Of a DNA stretch of 41,551 nt, positions 17,468 to 27,571 are shown piece by piece. Source of the stretch: Patescibacteria group bacterium. GTDB taxonomy: Bacteria > Patescibacteriota > Minisyncoccia > Phycocordibacterales > UBA9973. The stretch spans positions 1 to 41,551 of the forward strand of contig JAZKAB010000001.1 of the NCBI GenBank assembly GCA_040389365.1, written 5' to 3'. Position numbers and translations under genes: made by a program. The stretch's first letter is position 1; each line of letters begins with the position of its first letter. The notes under the pieces are model-generated. The model searched no databases. It saw nothing but the letters and a program-made list of their open reading frames with translations, and was not told where the DNA came from.

Positions 17468-20400
17468 ATGAAACTATCAATTCCAAGAATATTTTTTATT
17501 ATCACCTGCTCGTTCTTCTTTTCATCAATTGCCTGCGCTGACCCGTTGCCGCCCTTGCGGCAAGAGATGACGCTTGATCCTTCGGTGACGTATGAGGTTG
17601 TCGGCGAGCAGTATGTATACAGCACGGGCATTGTTACCATTCCAGCCGGAACAAGGCTTGTCTTTGCGCCTGGTGCAAAGCTTACCGTATACGGCAAGCT
17701 GACTGTTAAGGGTACGGCAAAGAACCCGGTCTCGATTAGCGTTGGCAGCATGGCGCCGCTGAAGCTTGAGCGGCTCGTTGTACCAGAGCAATCTGAACTG
17801 TCAGCTCCGTTAGAAATTTCTGCAGAGCAGCGCGAAGCGCAGACAGTACAGGTTGCGCCATTGGAAATTGTTCCGCTTCCTGAGCCTCAGGCAGGCATGC
17901 CCGAAGTTGCGCCGCTCGGCATTGCGCCTATGGCTGCACTGACCGCAGCAGTGCAGGGAAAGCATGGCGGCATAGTGTTTTTAGGAGGGTCGCTAGAGTC
18001 ATCGCTTTCATATCTTGAAATCAATGACGCGACGGTTGGCATACTGGTTGACGCAACAGCGTCTGTTGTTGCCAGCCATGTCACCTTTCGCAATTGCGAT
18101 ACGGGCATACTGAATAGCTTTGGAAAAATAGACTTGAATAGCAGCACCTTTATCGATACTGCGTTTCCTGGAGACATATCAACCAATGCGGTATTTACAC
18201 ATACTGATACGACATTTTCCGGAACTGGCCAGAAAGGCTGGAGCTATGGCGGCTATGTGCAGAGAGATACTGAAATACGGCTTGCCTCTAAGGATGGCGC
18301 GTATTACATCGCTGGGCTAGAGGTTGCGCAAGATGCAACGTTGACGTTTGGTCCGGGTACTGCGCTGGTCATGCAAGACGGGCGCGGCATCAAGGTTGCA
18401 GAGCGTGCAACGTTAAATATCAACGGCACGGAACTGTCTCCAGTATCGATGTATGGAACTGGTACATGCAATGCCCATGAGCCTGCTATTGAGTTCAGAA
18501 GAGCGAGCATTGGCACAATACGGCATGCGAGCCTTGACAAGCTCTGCGGCGGCATCAAGGCAGCTGAAACAACGCTCTCAATTGCAGACAGCACATTCAA
18601 GAATGTTGAGGGAATTGCAGTCGATGTCAGCATACAGACGCTTCTCACCATGACGGGCAACGACATAACGGGCAGCGATCGAGCATTAAGCATCAACCAG
18701 TCAGTTATCAAGAATGTCTCCCAGAATTATTTTCATGGCAATGCCTCGGGAGTATCGGTAGCTGACATGCCAAAGGCCATCATCAAGAACAATGGATGGG
18801 GCAGCGACAGCGGTCCAAAAATAGCAAGCAATCCTGGCGGCACTGGCGATACGATCGTGGTGACAAGGGTGCCGGAAGTTATCTATCGTCCATGGCTTGG
18901 CATGAAAGATGTTCCTGAACCTCCCGTGTCAGAAGACCCTGACGAGCCAGTCGAGCCTCCGCCTGCAAACCTTGAGCATAACCCCATTATTATCATTCCT
19001 GGCATAACAGGGTCAGTATTGACCAAAGACTATGGCGATAAGAGCGAGCTGTGGCCTAATCTTACAAAGCTGACGCTTAACCTTGCCGATAGCCATCTTA
19101 ACGACCTCATACTGCTGCAGTCTGGAACTCCTAGCACGGTGCGCCCTGTTATGGTTGGCGACATTATTCGAAAGATTTCATCAATCGATATTTTCGACGG
19201 TCTTATTGCAGCACTTTCCAAGAACGGCTATGTGGAAGGAACGAACCTCTTTGTCTTGCCGTATGACTGGCGCTTGAGCAACGAAGCAAATCAGGCACTG
19301 CTCAAAGATATGGTTGCAAAGGCGCTTGAAAAGACAGGCAAGCAGAAGGTTGATCTTGTAGCGCACAGCATGGGCGGTCTGCTAGTCAGCGACTATCTTG
19401 CGAAGAACGCGTCGGCGCCAGTCAGCCACGTATTCAATATAGCCGTACCGCATCTTGGCGCTCCCAAGTCATTCAAGACGCTCATGTACGGAGATGATAT
19501 GGGCTTTGGGTTTTCTATCGGCTCAGCACTTCGAGTTCCAGTATTGAGCGAAAGTCGCGTGAAGACCATTACCCAGAACATGCCGGCCGTATATGAATTG
19601 CTGCCAAGCAAGAGGTACATCGATATTATAGGCTCGTATATTGAAGATCGGACAAATGCCAGGCCATTTCTTTCGCTTGAAGGAACCGAAGCTGTTATGG
19701 CAGCAGATGGCAGAAATGAAAAGATGTTTCCTTTTGCCAAGGCGCTGCATGACAACACGGACAGCCTCGATCGACCGTGGATCCCAACGTATAACTTTGC
19801 TGGATGCGGCACGACAAAAACAGTCAATGGCTTTGTCTTGACCAAAGAACAGTCGCTTACGCTAACTGGATTCAAGCTTGTGCCAGAGCATCGCATTCAG
19901 TATGGAGCGGGGGACGGCGTGGTGCCGCTCAAGAGCGCAACGGCAGGCACTGGCGCGCATAACTATTTCGTTACTGCAGGCACTCACGGCTCAATGCCTT
20001 CGGTATCCGACATACAGCGGGCAATGCTTGCAGTGCTGGGCGGCACGGCAGTATCATCGAGCGCAACGCTTGCAGATACGCCAGCTTCGTGTCCGGTGTC
20101 GGGAACGGTCGTTGAAGTGCACAGTCCCGTCAGCCTTGATATCTATGACCAGCAAGGCAGGCATACCGGCCCTAATGACAAAGGGGAAATAGAATACGGC
20201 ATTCCCAACGTGCAGTATGACGTGATTAATGATGAGAAGTCGGCATTTCTGCCGGGAGGTCTAACCTACAAGATTGTAAACAGGGCAGAGAGCGCCGGCG
20301 TGTACGACATGTACATAAGCCAAAGTAATGGCAATGATATGGTAACGCAGCAGGCGTATTATCATGCAGTGCCTCTGATTAACGAGAAAAGTGTAGGCAC

Positions 20401-21160
20401 TGCAATCCTAAGTGCAGTCGATGCAAGCCCTACGATTTCGTTTGATGATACCGGTGATGGCAATGCAGACAGAGCAGTGCTTCCGTCGTCAGTGCTGCAG
20501 GGCAGCCAGATAGCTGATGCTGTAGCTCCGGTAACAAAGGGAAGCGTTGCTGCGGGAGTCGTCTCGCTTGCGGCAACTGATGACAACTCTGGCATACTTA
20601 ATACGAAGTATTCAACAGACAATGTTATTTGGAAGACGTATGACAAGCCTTTTGCGGCTGCAGAGGGCAGTACTGCCTATTTCGTTTCCATTGACAAGGC
20701 GGGGAATACTGAAGAGATACAGGAAATAAAAGTGAATGCGTCTGCAGTGCAGACAAGCACTGGCTCCTCGAGCGCTGGATTACCTTCAGCTGCAAGTCCT
20801 GCCACTCATTCTTCTGGATCCTTGTCAGGAGGCGCTGCTCCGGCAAAAAATGCACCGATTCCTGGGCCTTTGCCAAGCGTAAGCCAGCCGCAGGCATTAA
20901 GTCAGGCGCCACATCCTTCTGCTCAGGAAATGACTACGCCCATCAAAGAACCTCTTGCTGAAAAGCAAGAAAAAATGTATCTTACCGCTCCTGCACCTGA
21001 TGAGGGCACGGTGATGGCAGATAGCGAAATTACCCTAAAAGGCCTTACTGCAAGCGCCGGAGTTGCCAGGGCATTAGGAAGCAAGACAGTCATGATTATT
21101 GGGGCGCTTGCTGTAGCAGGAGCGGTACTGTATGTCATATTCAGCAAAAAGCGCAGCTAG
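17468..21160 (+). CDS. Large membrane-anchored surface protein: parallel beta-helix plus LCAT/PGAP1-like alpha/beta hydrolase (lipase/acyltransferase)
   Basis: Signal peptide; beta-helix repeats ending NNGWGSDSGP; PIIIIPGITGS, PYDWR, AHSMGG, PHLGAP, GDGVVP, THGSM; C-terminal TM plus KKR. Confidence 0.8.
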   Translation: MKLSIPRIFFIITCSFFFSSIACADPLPPLRQEMTLDPSVTYEVVGEQYVYSTGIVTIPAGTRLVFAPGAKLTVYGKLTVKGTAKNPVSISVGSMAPLKLERLVVPEQSELSAPLEISAEQREAQTVQVAPLEIVPLPEPQAGMPEVAPLGIAPMAALTAAVQGKHGGIVFLGGSLESSLSYLEINDATVGILVDATASVVASHVTFRNCDTGILNSFGKIDLNSSTFIDTAFPGDISTNAVFTHTDTTFSGTGQKGWSYGGYVQRDTEIRLASKDGAYYIAGLEVAQDATLTFGPGTALVMQDGRGIKVAERATLNINGTELSPVSMYGTGTCNAHEPAIEFRRASIGTIRHASLDKLCGGIKAAETTLSIADSTFKNVEGIAVDVSIQTLLTMTGNDITGSDRALSINQSVIKNVSQNYFHGNASGVSVADMPKAIIKNNGWGSDSGPKIASNPGGTGDTIVVTRVPEVIYRPWLGMKDVPEPPVSEDPDEPVEPPPANLEHNPIIIIPGITGSVLTKDYGDKSELWPNLTKLTLNLADSHLNDLILLQSGTPSTVRPVMVGDIIRKISSIDIFDGLIAALSKNGYVEGTNLFVLPYDWRLSNEANQALLKDMVAKALEKTGKQKVDLVAHSMGGLLVSDYLAKNASAPVSHVFNIAVPHLGAPKSFKTLMYGDDMGFGFSIGSALRVPVLSESRVKTITQNMPAVYELLPSKRYIDIIGSYIEDRTNARPFLSLEGTEAVMAADGRNEKMFPFAKALHDNTDSLDRPWIPTYNFAGCGTTKTVNGFVLTKEQSLTLTGFKLVPEHRIQYGAGDGVVPLKSATAGTGAHNYFVTAGTHGSMPSVSDIQRAMLAVLGGTAVSSSATLADTPASCPVSGTVVEVHSPVSLDIYDQQGRHTGPNDKGEIEYGIPNVQYDVINDEKSAFLPGGLTYKIVNRAESAGVYDMYISQSNGNDMVTQQAYYHAVPLINEKSVGTAILSAVDASPTISFDDTGDGNADRAVLPSSVLQGSQIADAVAPVTKGSVAAGVVSLAATDDNSGILNTKYSTDNVIWKTYDKPFAAAEGSTAYFVSIDKAGNTEEIQEIKVNASAVQTSTGSSSAGLPSAASPATHSSGSLSGGAAPAKNAPIPGPLPSVSQPQALSQAPHPSAQEMTTPIKEPLAEKQEKMYLTAPAPDEGTVMADSEITLKGLTASAGVARALGSKTVMIIGALAVAGAVLYVIFSKKRS

Positions 21161-21177
21161 TGTTACAATCAATCCTG

Positions 21178-22866
21178 ATGACGCAGAATCAAGCATTAAC
21201 TATCCTAAAAACAGGCGCCAGTGTTTTCCTCACCGGAGAGCCAGGCGCGGGAAAAACCCATACGGTCAATGCGTTTGTCGACTATCTGCGCACTCATGGC
21301 ATAGAGCCTGCAATCACTGCCTCAACAGGCATTGCGGCCACGCATATTCACGGCCAGACGATTCATTCCTGGAGCGGCATTGGCATCCGCAAGTTTATGT
21401 CGCCCTATGATCTCGACAAGCTTTCGACAACTGAGTATCTTGTTCGTCGCATTCAGAAAACGAAGGTGCTCATTATAGATGAGATCTCAATGATTGACGG
21501 GCATACGCTTGATGCGGTTGATGCTGTCTGTCGAACTATCAAGCAGGTTGAAGAGCCGTTCGGGGGCATTCAGGTTGTGCTTGTCGGAGACTTCTTCCAG
21601 CTGCCGCCAATCGCACGCAGGGGAGAGCAAGTGCCCTTTGCCTTTGAGGCTGCCGTATGGGGAGCAATGAAGCCGCTTGTCTGTTACCTTACCGAACAGC
21701 ACCGACAGAGCGACGAAACGTTTCTTGCGCTGCTTTCGGCAATTCGGCGCAATGACAATATGCAAGACCATATGGTGCATCTTGAGAGGAGGGTGGTAAC
21801 CGACAGCGACTCGCTTGAAGAGGGAGAACACATGACGCGGCTGTTCGCGCACAATGCTGACGTTGATACGATCAATGCCGCAGCGCTGCAAAGCATTGAT
21901 GGGCCAACAAACAAGTACGCGATGTATTCGAAGGGGTCAGAGTCGCTTGTTGCGAGCCTGAAGAAGGGGTGCTTGTCTCCAGAAACATTGGAATTGAAGA
22001 TTGGCGCGGTTGTCATGTGTACCAAGAACAACATGCAGAAAGGATTCGTAAACGGCACCACTGGCATCGTTATGCGCTTTGAAGCAGGAACGAAGTATCC
22101 CATTATTAGAACTGCCGATGGAGAAGAGATAACAATAGAGCCAATGGATTGGAGCATTGAAGAAGACGGCAAGATCAAGGCTTCTATTTCGCAGGTGCCG
22201 TTGCGCCTGGCCTGGGCGATCACTATTCATAAAAGCCAGGGCATGTCGATGGACAATGCCATGATGGACTTGCGTCAGGTATTTGAATACGGGCAAGGGT
22301 ATGTCGCACTGTCTCGCGTGCGCACCCTGGCCGGGCTTTATCTCGCCGGCTGGAATGAGCAGACGTTCCAGGTGCACCCTCGCATCCTGCAGCAGGACAA
22401 GCAGTTCATGCAGCTGTCTGAATCAGCCCAGGCAGCATTTGCAGAGCTTGCAGAAGCGCAGGTTGAAGCAATGCACAAGAACTTTATCTTGGCTGCTGGA
22501 GGCGTGCTCGATCCAAAGAAGAAGGGCATCAAGGTTGAAAAGAAAGATACGCTGGAACTGACGCTTGAGCTTGTATTGGCAGGAAAGTCACTGAAAGAAA
22601 TTCAGAAGGAAAGAAAGCTTGTTATGGCAACAGTGCTTGACCATGTAGAAAAGCTGATCGTATTGAAGAAGATACACGCAAGCCATATTGCAGCATTTAT
22701 CGATGCGAAGCTTGAAAAGGCATTGCCTATTATCAAGCAAGCTTTCCTGCAATGCGATACCGTATTGCTGTCTCCTGTCTTCAATTATCTCGAAGGAAAA
22801 TATACCTTTGACATGCTGCGGCTGGCGAGGGCGATGATTAGCGCGGAGAATATCAAGGATAAGTAG
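21178..22866 (+). CDS. PIF1/RecD-like SF1B helicase with C-terminal helix-turn-helix
   Basis: GEPGAGKT, IIDEISM, GDFFQLPP, LAWAITIHKSQGMS, YVALSR; start ATG 21178. Confidence 0.88.
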   Translation: MTQNQALTILKTGASVFLTGEPGAGKTHTVNAFVDYLRTHGIEPAITASTGIAATHIHGQTIHSWSGIGIRKFMSPYDLDKLSTTEYLVRRIQKTKVLIIDEISMIDGHTLDAVDAVCRTIKQVEEPFGGIQVVLVGDFFQLPPIARRGEQVPFAFEAAVWGAMKPLVCYLTEQHRQSDETFLALLSAIRRNDNMQDHMVHLERRVVTDSDSLEEGEHMTRLFAHNADVDTINAAALQSIDGPTNKYAMYSKGSESLVASLKKGCLSPETLELKIGAVVMCTKNNMQKGFVNGTTGIVMRFEAGTKYPIIRTADGEEITIEPMDWSIEEDGKIKASISQVPLRLAWAITIHKSQGMSMDNAMMDLRQVFEYGQGYVALSRVRTLAGLYLAGWNEQTFQVHPRILQQDKQFMQLSESAQAAFAELAEAQVEAMHKNFILAAGGVLDPKKKGIKVEKKDTLELTLELVLAGKSLKEIQKERKLVMATVLDHVEKLIVLKKIHASHIAAFIDAKLEKALPIIKQAFLQCDTVLLSPVFNYLEGKYTFDMLRLARAMISAENIKDK

Positions 22867-22907
22867 CAAAGATCGCCTTATGGGCGCTTTTTTGGTAGTA
22901 TGCACCT

Positions 22908-23477
22908 ATGAACGTTACAAGCACTCAGTTTATCAAGGGCGTACCGCACGGCGATGATGTCTTAGACTTGCAGCTCCCGCAGGTTGCCTTTATCGGCCGT
23001 TCCAATGTAGGGAAGTCGAGCACTATCAATGCCCTTACCAAGGTCAAAGGACTGGCAAAGACCAGTTCTTTTCCTGGTCGCACCCGTCAGATCAACGTCT
23101 TTCTTATCAACAACAAGTTCAACCTTATTGACCTTCCCGGCTATGGCTATGCCAAGGTGTCTAAGACAGAGCGTGCTGAAATTGAAGAGGTCATCAACAG
23201 CTATCTTTTCAATCCCGCAATCCCTCAAAAGAAAGTCGTGCTCATTATCGACGCCTATGTCGGCCCGACAGAATCAGACCTGGAAATGCTTGATGCGCTT
23301 TTGGAGCATAAGAAGAATGTGATCATTCTTGCTAACAAGATAGACAAGGTAAAAAAGTCTACGCAGCAGCATGTATTGATGAAGATAAAGGAAACGCTGC
23401 ATGGCCAGATCGTCATTCCGTTTTCAGCTGAAGAGAAAAAAGGAGCGGGAGAGGTATGGGAAGAAATACTGAAATAA
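22908..23477 (+). CDS. engB: Ribosome biogenesis GTPase EngB/YihA/YsxC
   Basis: GRSNVGKSS, PGRT, DLPGYGYA, NKID. Confidence 0.93.
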   Translation: MNVTSTQFIKGVPHGDDVLDLQLPQVAFIGRSNVGKSSTINALTKVKGLAKTSSFPGRTRQINVFLINNKFNLIDLPGYGYAKVSKTERAEIEEVINSYLFNPAIPQKKVVLIIDAYVGPTESDLEMLDALLEHKKNVIILANKIDKVKKSTQQHVLMKIKETLHGQIVIPFSAEEKKGAGEVWEEILK

Positions 23478-24025
23478 TACATATCGGCACTCAGCCTGTA
23501 TCGGTGCGAAAAAGCGCACGCGCAACGCGGATGCGAATCGCAGTATATTGCGACGGCACCGTCACAGCCGTACAGCCAAGCCGCATTAGCCTTGATCGCT
23601 TCGTGCGCATGCTTGAAGAGAAAGCTGCATGGATTGAGGAGAAGCTTGGCTTCTATCGAGCGAAAGGTTTTGTTGAGCGGCCACAGAAGCTTTCAGCCTT
23701 AGAAGAAAAAAGGCTGCGTATCGCGGCAAAGGCAATCGCGACGGAACGGGCTGCACATTTTAATGTGTACTATAAGTTTGAGTATAAAAAGATTTTTATC
23801 AAGAATCAGAAGACGCGATGGGGCAGCTGTTCCAGCAAGCAGAACCTTAACTTTAACTTTCGCATTGCGCTGTTGCGGCCTGAGCTGCAAGACTATCTTG
23901 TCGTGCACGAGCTCTGCCATTTGAAAGAAATGAACCACGGCAAGGCATTTTGGGCACTGGTTGAAGCGCAGATGCCTGAGTATAAAGCGCTGGATAAGGA
24001 GCTGAAGAAGCAGCCAATGGCGTAG
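23456..24025 (+). CDS. YgjP-like (DUF45) zincin-fold protein
   Basis: KTRWGSCS, YLVVHELCHLKEMNH…FW. Confidence 0.85.
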   Translation: MGRNTEIIHIGTQPVSVRKSARATRMRIAVYCDGTVTAVQPSRISLDRFVRMLEEKAAWIEEKLGFYRAKGFVERPQKLSALEEKRLRIAAKAIATERAAHFNVYYKFEYKKIFIKNQKTRWGSCSSKQNLNFNFRIALLRPELQDYLVVHELCHLKEMNHGKAFWALVEAQMPEYKALDKELKKQPMA

Positions 24026-24967
24026 CTACTTCTTAAGCTTTTCAATATCATCTTGCACTAGCCTGCGGGTGCCGCCAGACTTCATGTTTCCAATTGAAAG
24101 GTGTCCAATATCTGTGCGCACAAGCTCCTCAACGTTCAAATGGCAGGCGTCGCACATGCGGCGAATCTGGTGCTTGCGCCCTTCGTGCAATACGATGCTA
24201 AATGACATGCGAGACATGCGCTGTACCTGTGCGGGCTTAGTCTTTATCTTGTCGAGCATGATGCCAGTCGACATCTTGCGGATTGCCTCGTCAGTTATAT
24301 TTTCGCGCACTGTTACGAGATATGTTTTGCCAACCTTGGAATTTTCTTGCGTAAGGGCGCGCGCAAGGCTGCCGTCATTAGACATGATAATGAGCCCCTC
24401 AGAATCCTTGTCGAGACGGCCGATTGGGGCAAGGTGCTTGAGCTTTGGGAAGTAGTCATGCAGGTCTTTAGTCGTTGCAGTCGTCTTGTTTGTTTCAAGC
24501 CCGCGCGGCTTGTATACGAGCACTGTTTCCTTGCCTTGCAACGTTTCGCCCTGCACTTCAATCTTGTCCGTACCGACAATGATTCCAAAGCCTGGCTCCT
24601 TGATAACTTTGCCGTTTACCTTCACCTGTCCTGTATTGATGAGCTCCTTTGCTTCTCGACGAGATGCAATCCCCATATACGCGATAGCGCGCTCAAGGCG
24701 CTCTTGCCCTGCAGGAAGCGTGCTTGGCAGCTTGGGTGTTTTTACAAACACAGGCTTAGGCGGCTTTGTGCCTTTATAGTTAGGGTTGGGCTTTGGTGCC
24801 GCTAGGGGAACGGCTACGGGAGCAGTAACAGGCGTAGTGTTCTTGCCTTTGTATTTTTTGCCAATGACTGGCTTTGAAAGCTTGCTGTGAACAGCCGGGC
24901 CTTTCTTTCCGGCTTTTTTTACCTTTTCCCATTTCTTAACTTGCGGACCGCGACGGACTGTTGCCAT
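24026..24967 (-). CDS. rRNA pseudouridine synthase, RsuA/RluB family, with basic N-terminal extension
   Basis: S4 domain GIASRREA, GRLDKDSEGL, EGRKHQIRRM; start ATG 24967. Confidence 0.9.
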   Translation of the reverse strand: MATVRRGPQVKKWEKVKKAGKKGPAVHSKLSKPVIGKKYKGKNTTPVTAPVAVPLAAPKPNPNYKGTKPPKPVFVKTPKLPSTLPAGQERLERAIAYMGIASRREAKELINTGQVKVNGKVIKEPGFGIIVGTDKIEVQGETLQGKETVLVYKPRGLETNKTTATTKDLHDYFPKLKHLAPIGRLDKDSEGLIIMSNDGSLARALTQENSKVGKTYLVTVRENITDEAIRKMSTGIMLDKIKTKPAQVQRMSRMSFSIVLHEGRKHQIRRMCDACHLNVEELVRTDIGHLSIGNMKSGGTRRLVQDDIEKLKK

Positions 24968-25027
24968 ATGGGGCGAGTATAGCACACCTATTTGCGTATA
25001 TTGGAACATGGATATAAAATGGGTGCC

Positions 25028-25447
25028 ATGAATACTGTCGAAGAATATATCGAAGTTGCGCAGCAGCTGCAGGACAAGGGCGAAACAGAGGCGGCTTTGG
25101 AGCATTTCAGCAAGGCTTTTGACCTGCTTATTGACGATGCAGGGGCGTATGCGAAGGCGCAGGAAGCAGGGACTACTGATATGGCAGCGCTGCGCGCTAT
25201 GGCGCCGACGCTCTTTGCTCATTCAAAGGTATTTCTGAAAAAAGACATTACCGCAGCATATATTCTCAATGCCATGGGTGTCTTGTTTGGAGAGCTGAAA
25301 GATTATCCTAATGCGCAGCAAAAGCTCACCGAGGCGATAGAATACATTCCGGATGGCGCAGACTTTGCAGATCCAGCCGACAATCTTGCTCGACTGGCAA
25401 ATGAGGCAGCCGCTGCACAGGCAGAAGAGCAGTCAGAGGAAGATTAA
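25028..25447 (+). CDS. TPR-like helical protein
   Basis: ALEHFSKA and ILNAMGVLF…AQQKLTEAIE TPR-like patterns. Confidence 0.65.
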   Translation: MNTVEEYIEVAQQLQDKGETEAALEHFSKAFDLLIDDAGAYAKAQEAGTTDMAALRAMAPTLFAHSKVFLKKDITAAYILNAMGVLFGELKDYPNAQQKLTEAIEYIPDGADFADPADNLARLANEAAAAQAEEQSEED

Positions 25448-25527
25448 GAAAAAGCTTATTTTTTCTTCAGGAAAAATTGATGGGCTACTCGCTATACTCT
25501 TGTTATTACAATAACAAGAGTATTTTT

Positions 25528-25788
25528 ATGTCTGAATTAGCACTTGTGCGAGTTACGGTACGGTATGACAGTCGATTGCAGGAAATTACAGGAGAGAGCG
25601 AGCATCTTGTTGTCATTAGCGAGGGGGCGGTATTTCTTTTTCTCCTCACTTGCATCTTTTCTGAATTTCCTGAAATTGAGCAGCAGTATGCGCCAGGCAT
25701 GCTGTCATTTACGGTCAATGGCTTGCAGCCAAGCGTCCACAGCCAGCTGTTTGACGGCGACGAGATTTTGTTCGAGGCAGCAGCGTAG
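25528..25788 (+). CDS. MoaD/ThiS-like beta-grasp protein lacking C-terminal Gly-Gly
   Basis: VTVRY…LQEITG…FTVNG…LFDGDEILF pattern; ends EAAA. Confidence 0.65.
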   Translation: MSELALVRVTVRYDSRLQEITGESEHLVVISEGAVFLFLLTCIFSEFPEIEQQYAPGMLSFTVNGLQPSVHSQLFDGDEILFEAAA

Positions 25789-25805
25789 CGTGATATACTA
25801 GAGGT

Positions 25806-26201
25806 ATGGATAACCCAACCTATTATCAGCAGCTGCAGCGTCCTTCATGGGCGCCGCCATCAAGCGTGTTCGCGCCGGTATGGAGCGTACTATATGTTTT
25901 AATTGCTCTTTCGTTTGGTACCGTATTCTTAAAGGGAATTCAGGGTAAGCTGCCGTTCATTGTCGTTTTGCCTTTTATGCTCAATATCTTGTTTAATGTT
26001 ATATATACGCCGATACAGTTCGGGCTAAAGAACAACTATCTTGCCACGCTTGATATCTTTCTGGTCTTGGGAACACTGCTATGGGCACTGATCGCTATTC
26101 ATCCTCGCATTGCATGGATTGCGTACATAAATATTCCATACTTGCTCTGGGTGTCGTTCGCAACTGTCCTGCAGTGCACCGTTACGTACCTCAACCGCTA
26201 G
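25806..26201 (+). CDS. tspO: TspO/MBR family tryptophan-rich sensory protein
   Basis: LQRPSWAPPSSVFAPVWSVLY, PYLLWVSFATVL. Confidence 0.88.
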   Translation: MDNPTYYQQLQRPSWAPPSSVFAPVWSVLYVLIALSFGTVFLKGIQGKLPFIVVLPFMLNILFNVIYTPIQFGLKNNYLATLDIFLVLGTLLWALIAIHPRIAWIAYINIPYLLWVSFATVLQCTVTYLNR

Positions 26202-26240
26202 GGGTTTTGCAGCGAGTGGTTGTATACTCTGCATACATTC

Positions 26241-27380
26241 ATGGAACATACAGGATATGCAAAGATAGGAGCATTCATTGCAGCTGCAATCATTGTCACG
26301 GGCGCGGCTATTGTCATGTATCCGTCTCGTCATCCTGCCCCTCAGCCGCCAACACTATTGGCAGAAACCGCAATTGCCCAGCCAGCTGCTCCGGTCATCA
26401 CCCATGTCGCTACGCCTTCTTCAGTTAAGGCAATATATGTATCGAGCTGGAGCGCAGGCACTGCAGCAAGCATGGTGCGCATAAACAAGCTGCTTGATGC
26501 GGGCATGCTCAATGCTGTGGTGATTGACGTAAAAGACGCAACAGGCCGATTGTCATATATGCCACTTGATCCAGAGCTATTGGCAAGCGGCGTCGGCACG
26601 CGCCGCATCGCGCACTTGGCGCCGCTCATCAAGTCGCTGCATGATCGAAACATTTATGTTATCGGCCGCGTGACCGTATTTCAAGACTCATACAGAGCAA
26701 GCATTAAGCCTGAAGAAGCACTGCATGATCTTGAGGGCAATGTATGGAAAGACTCTAAAGGGCTCTTGTGGCTGCGACCGAACAATCCTGAAGTATGGCA
26801 GTACGTAGAAAGCATTGGCAAAGATGCATATGCGCAGGGCTTTGACGAGATCAATGTCGACTATGTGCGATTTCCTTCAGACGGCAACCTAAAGAACATT
26901 GACGTTTCAAGCTTTACCGATTCAAAGCAGAATATGATTGCCGCATTCTTCGCTCATTTAGATGCAACGCTGCGCAAGGAGTCGCATATTCCGCTTTCGG
27001 CTGATATCTTCGGGCTGACGCTGAGCGCCAAGGATGATTTGGGAATAGGGCAGAAGCTCGAGCTGATCGCGCCGCATGTCGATTATGTATGCCCGATGAT
27101 CTATCCGTCGCACTTTTCTTCTGGCAGCTACGGCTTCAAGAATCCTGCCGACCATCCGTATGAGGTTATTGAGCATTCAATGTCTGACGGCTTGGCAAAG
27201 CTAAAGGCTGCGGGCTTGCCTGCAACAGCGTTGCGCCCCTGGCTGCAGGATTTCAATCTCGGCGCAATCTATACTGCTGACAAGGTTCAGGCGCAGATTG
27301 ACGCAGTGCATGCGGTCGGGCTGCAGTCATGGCTGATGTGGGATGCGAAGAACGTATACACTTCATCTGTGTACAAATAG
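26241..27380 (+). CDS. Putative glycoside hydrolase, DUF4015-like, N-terminally anchored
   Basis: NAVVIDVKD, GFDEINVDYVRFP, SADIFG, PMIYPSH, LRPWLQDF. Confidence 0.8.
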   Translation: MEHTGYAKIGAFIAAAIIVTGAAIVMYPSRHPAPQPPTLLAETAIAQPAAPVITHVATPSSVKAIYVSSWSAGTAASMVRINKLLDAGMLNAVVIDVKDATGRLSYMPLDPELLASGVGTRRIAHLAPLIKSLHDRNIYVIGRVTVFQDSYRASIKPEEALHDLEGNVWKDSKGLLWLRPNNPEVWQYVESIGKDAYAQGFDEINVDYVRFPSDGNLKNIDVSSFTDSKQNMIAAFFAHLDATLRKESHIPLSADIFGLTLSAKDDLGIGQKLELIAPHVDYVCPMIYPSHFSSGSYGFKNPADHPYEVIEHSMSDGLAKLKAAGLPATALRPWLQDFNLGAIYTADKVQAQIDAVHAVGLQSWLMWDAKNVYTSSVYK

Positions 27381-27418
27381 TTGCTATACTATAGAGGTTA
27401 CTAGTAACAATTATTTAT

Positions 27419-27481
27419 ATGGCCAAAGGCGAAAGTCACAAAAAGGAAGCAAAGAAACCAAAGAAGGACAAGAAGAAATAA
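27419..27481 (+). CDS. 20-aa lysine-rich micropeptide MAKGESHKKEAKKPKKDKKK
   Basis: Below the ORF-track cutoff; preceded by TGCTATACT (27382-27390) and followed by a terminator. Confidence 0.6.
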   Translation: MAKGESHKKEAKKPKKDKKK

Positions 27482-27502
27482 TTGGCCCTTCGCATATCAA
27501 TG

Positions 27503-27530
27503 AAAAAAAGTCGGTACTGCGACTTTTTTT
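27503..27530 (+). terminator. Intrinsic terminator
   Basis: AAAAAAAGTCG-GTACTG-CGACTTTTTTT. Confidence 0.7.
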
Positions 27531-27571
27531 CTTGCTTTTTTAATGCTTTCAGGATCTGGTATACTAGATGT

